From NCBI GenBank assembly GCA_963667845.2, contig CAXXVL010000002.1, positions 2,912,001 to 2,976,000 of the forward strand: a DNA stretch of 64,000 nucleotides. Direction: 5' to 3'. Positions 61,150-64,000 of this stretch are shown piece by piece; position 1 is the first letter of the stretch, and each line of letters begins with the position of its first letter. Source of the stretch: Smithellaceae bacterium. Its GTDB lineage: Bacteria; Desulfobacterota; Syntrophia; Syntrophales; Smithellaceae. The position numbers and the translations under genes are program-made. A model generated the notes under the pieces. The model did not search any database, had not been told where the DNA came from, and worked only from the letters and a program-made list of their open reading frames with translations.

Positions 61150-63021
61150 ATGAGCAGAAATAAAGCCACAAAGAATATTGCAGAGAATATCTTTTCTGAG
61201 TTTGATATCACTATCGGAAAGTTTCTTTCTTCAGGCGTTACGAAAAATAAGGATGACGTTCGTCTGGCGGCGTCCTTAATCAGCCGTCAATTAAGCGACG
61301 GACACGTTTGCGTGAGACTGCCCGAGTTCGCCGGCACAGGATTAGGGACAGGTGACAACGAATATGATCATGGGCAGTTCCCCCGATTATCGGTATGGCT
61401 TCAATCCCTGGAAAATGCCGAGTGTGTCGGCCGGCCCGGCGATTTCAAACCCATGATTCTGGACGACGCGCACCGCCTGTATTTTCAGCGGTACTGGCAA
61501 TATGAACAGGATGTCGCCGGATTCATTCTAAAGCGCTTTTCGGCGGACCTCGATACGAATCCGCATTATTCTTCAGAGAGCATTCGCGAAAAACTGCAAT
61601 TCTACTTTCCGGAAATGTCTATGGGGGTAGTCTCCTGGCCGGGCATCGCCGCGGCAATAGCGTTGACGAGACAGTTTCTGGTCATTACCGGAAGTCCCGG
61701 AACCGGGAAAACGACGGCTATTACAAGGATCATGGCTTTTCTGCAGGATGTTAAAGAACGCGGGTTACGCATTGCCCTGTGCGCTCCGACGGGGAAAGCA
61801 GCTGCGCGCATGGAGGAATCCGTCAAAAAGACGAAAATGATCCTCGCCTGTCCGGAGGATATCAAAGAATCCATACCGGATGAGGCCATGACGATTCACC
61901 GTCTGCTGGGCAGCATCATGTATTCGCCGTATTTTTCTTTCAATGAAAAGAATAATCTCCCGTATGACCTGGTTGTGGTTGACGAAGCATCCATGGTTGA
62001 TCTGCCGCTGGCCGCGAAGCTAATGACTGCGCTTCGCCCGGGTGCCAGGTTGATTCTGTTGGGGGATCGGGATCAACTGGCGTCCGTCGATGCGGGGTCC
62101 GTTCTGGGGGATATTTGCTTTCCTGAACCATTAAATGTTTTTTCCAGGACCTTTGGACAGAAATTGGAGAGTATCTGCGGCATACCAATCAAAACATCGG
62201 ATGGAGCCCCTGATGTCCGGGACTGCATTATTGAGATGAAACAGAATTATCGTTTTTCCGCAGGAAGCGGCATCGGTGTTTTGAGTCAGTTGATAAAGGC
62301 AGGCGACGCGGATGCTGTGCTGGCGTTAACCGGTGAGGGAAAATATTCTGACGTTCACCTCTGTGAAATTTCAAATTCCGAGGATATTTTGAAACTATTA
62401 CGGGAAACGGTGCTTAAATTCTATCGGGCGTATCTCCAGGCCATCGCATCCGGTTCCGAAAGCATTGAAGATATCTTCAGCCGATTCGAAGCGTTTCGCG
62501 TCCTATGTGCCTTGCGGGTCGGACACTGGGGTTCTAAACGGATGAACATGGTCATCGAAAACCTTCTGGCGGAATCGGGGCTCATTCGTCTGACGGATCC
62601 GTATTATCAGGGACGTCCGGTGATGATTGTGCAAAACGATTATCGCCTGCAACTGTTTAACGGAGATGTCGGCCTTGTCTTAAGAGACTCGTCCGACCGT
62701 AATAAATTCAAAGTCTTTTTTCGCGATCCAAAGCAGGGTTTCAGAAAGATACTTCCCGAAAGACTTCCCCGCCATGAAACCGTCTGGGCGATGACAGTTC
62801 ACAAGAGCCAGGGATCGGAGTTTGATGACGTCGTTCTTATTTTGGCGGAGAACGACAGTGTTGTTTTGACAAGAGAATTACTCTATACGGGGATCACCCG
62901 CGCCCGATTGAATGTCAGCATATGGGCCGGCAGAAACACGGTGAAAAGGACAATTCAAAAACAAATCATCAGGCAATCCGGATTGACGGATGCAATCAAA
63001 TTGCCTGTGAGGAATATATAG
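61150..63021 (+). CDS. recD: Exodeoxyribonuclease V alpha subunit
   Basis: LYFQRYWQYE, GSPGTGKT, APTGKAA, TIHRLLG, VDEASMVD, AMTVHKSQGSEF, RELLYTGITRAR. Confidence 0.97.
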   Translation: MSRNKATKNIAENIFSEFDITIGKFLSSGVTKNKDDVRLAASLISRQLSDGHVCVRLPEFAGTGLGTGDNEYDHGQFPRLSVWLQSLENAECVGRPGDFKPMILDDAHRLYFQRYWQYEQDVAGFILKRFSADLDTNPHYSSESIREKLQFYFPEMSMGVVSWPGIAAAIALTRQFLVITGSPGTGKTTAITRIMAFLQDVKERGLRIALCAPTGKAAARMEESVKKTKMILACPEDIKESIPDEAMTIHRLLGSIMYSPYFSFNEKNNLPYDLVVVDEASMVDLPLAAKLMTALRPGARLILLGDRDQLASVDAGSVLGDICFPEPLNVFSRTFGQKLESICGIPIKTSDGAPDVRDCIIEMKQNYRFSAGSGIGVLSQLIKAGDADAVLALTGEGKYSDVHLCEISNSEDILKLLRETVLKFYRAYLQAIASGSESIEDIFSRFEAFRVLCALRVGHWGSKRMNMVIENLLAESGLIRLTDPYYQGRPVMIVQNDYRLQLFNGDVGLVLRDSSDRNKFKVFFRDPKQGFRKILPERLPRHETVWAMTVHKSQGSEFDDVVLILAENDSVVLTRELLYTGITRARLNVSIWAGRNTVKRTIQKQIIRQSGLTDAIKLPVRNI

Positions 63022-63218
63022 TAAATAAGTAAATAATATTAATATGATATTGCTTCTCCAGCCTGATATTTTTTTCTTCAGTTTCTGCTCGATAAATCTT
63101 GACAATTAGAAGCCAATCCATTAGCCTACCTTCCTGTTTTTGAAGATCATTGCAGGCGCTTGGACCGGACTTTCAGTCACTTGTCATATTGCTTGCGCTT
63201 TCAAGAGGGGGAACAACA

Positions 63219-63629
63219 ATGATTGGTGTGCTGATAACGACCCACGGAAATTTGGGAAATGAATTGATTCATGCGGCGGAGTCCATTAAAGGCAAGTTAA
63301 AAGACGTCATGCATGTTTGCGTCGAACAGACTAAAGGTGTCGAAGATCTAAAAAAAGAAATCCAGAATGCCATTAAAAAACTGGATAAAGGCAAGGGTGT
63401 ATTGATTCTAACGGATCTATTCGGTGGAACACCTTCGAATATTTCCCTATCCTTCATGAAAGAGGGCAAGGTGGAAGTCGTCACGGGCGTCAATTTACCG
63501 ATGCTTCTCAAGTTATCCGATATTAAAGAAGAGACCACGCTCAACGAGTTTGCGTGCTTTATTAAAGAATACGGGAAGAAAAATATTTCTCTGGCCAGTG
63601 AAATATTAAGTAAAAAAGCAGTCGGGTGA
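63219..63629 (+). CDS. PTS mannose/fructose/sorbose family IIA component
   Basis: IGVLITTHG, LTDLFGGTPSN, VTGVNLPML; start ATG 63219 after GAGGGG. Confidence 0.93.
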   Translation: MIGVLITTHGNLGNELIHAAESIKGKLKDVMHVCVEQTKGVEDLKKEIQNAIKKLDKGKGVLILTDLFGGTPSNISLSFMKEGKVEVVTGVNLPMLLKLSDIKEETTLNEFACFIKEYGKKNISLASEILSKKAVG

Positions 63630-63633
63630 TCAA

Positions 63634-64000
63634 TTGGCGGACTCCTACGACATTGCGCTGGTGCGGGTGGATAACAGATTGGTACACGGCCAGATATTGG
63701 AAGCCTGGGTGCCCTTCATCAAGGCAAAATGCATTATCGTCGTAGATAACAATGCGGCCAGTGATTTTTTTTGTGAAACCGTCATCCGTATGGCCGTGCC
63801 GAGCGATATCGAGGTTAATATCTGCTCGGTGGACGATTTTGTCTCCAATTTCTGCTATGCCCATGGAAACGGCAAAAAGACGATTATCCTGTTCAGCAAT
63901 ATTGCCGATGCCCTCAAAGCACACCAGGGCGGATTTCATTTTGAGAAACTCAATATCGGCAATATCCACCACGAAGACTATAAGGTCTGCTGTGCTCCAT
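63634..64000 (+). CDS. PTS mannose/fructose/sorbose family IIB component (partial, runs off the window)
   Basis: Translated by hand from TTG 63634: ...IALVRVDNRLVHGQILEAW...LNIGNIH; absent from the ORF track because it is truncated. Confidence 0.9.
   Translation, partial: MADSYDIALVRVDNRLVHGQILEAWVPFIKAKCIIVVDNNAASDFFCETVIRMAVPSDIEVNICSVDDFVSNFCYAHGNGKKTIILFSNIADALKAHQGGFHFEKLNIGNIHHEDYKVCCAP

Noticed and set aside
63182..63196. Sigma54 promoter before PTS IIA (TGTCAT-N5-TTGC); similar near-match GGCACG at ~61103
   Set aside because: Each lacks one invariant element (-24 GG in the first, -12 GC in the second).

Overview
Mostly core chromosome of an anaerobic deltaproteobacterium (Desulfobacterota; a Syntrophales/Smithella-like lineage is my inference from gene order, the short EF-Ts and the spd-type EF-G). 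Gene order: arnD-like deformylase, M23 peptidase, secA-argJ, rpsB-tsf-pyrH-frr-uppS-cdsA-dxr-rseP-tsaB; a minus-strand Crp / membrane protein / ExeA-like ATPase / TPR module; glutaminyl cyclase, adk, UvrD/PcrA; comEC and hisS-aspS; pilS-pilR; ligA-acyP; a phosphoesterase-HIT-LapA-Mut7-C cluster; transglutaminase-ABC transporter-EF-G II-mog; a second EF-G with a downstream P-loop ATPase; an accessory stretch (GNAT-like pair, alpha/beta hydrolase, YyaL, two DUF2845 genes, methyltransferase); recC-recB separated from recD by a delta-60 lipoprotein and a VKOR-DsbA fusion; and the start of a mannose-family PTS operon. I saw no rRNA, tRNA, CRISPR array, transposase or integrase. The best unexplained signals are a ~160-nt multi-stem RNA with cloverleaf-like topology in the hisS-aspS leader, a terminator plus an 81-bp hairpin-rich tandem repeat in the leader of the stand-alone fusA, and CRP boxes tying the Crp gene to the ExeA-TPR module and the M23 gene. 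All calls were made by eye without database searches or folding software.
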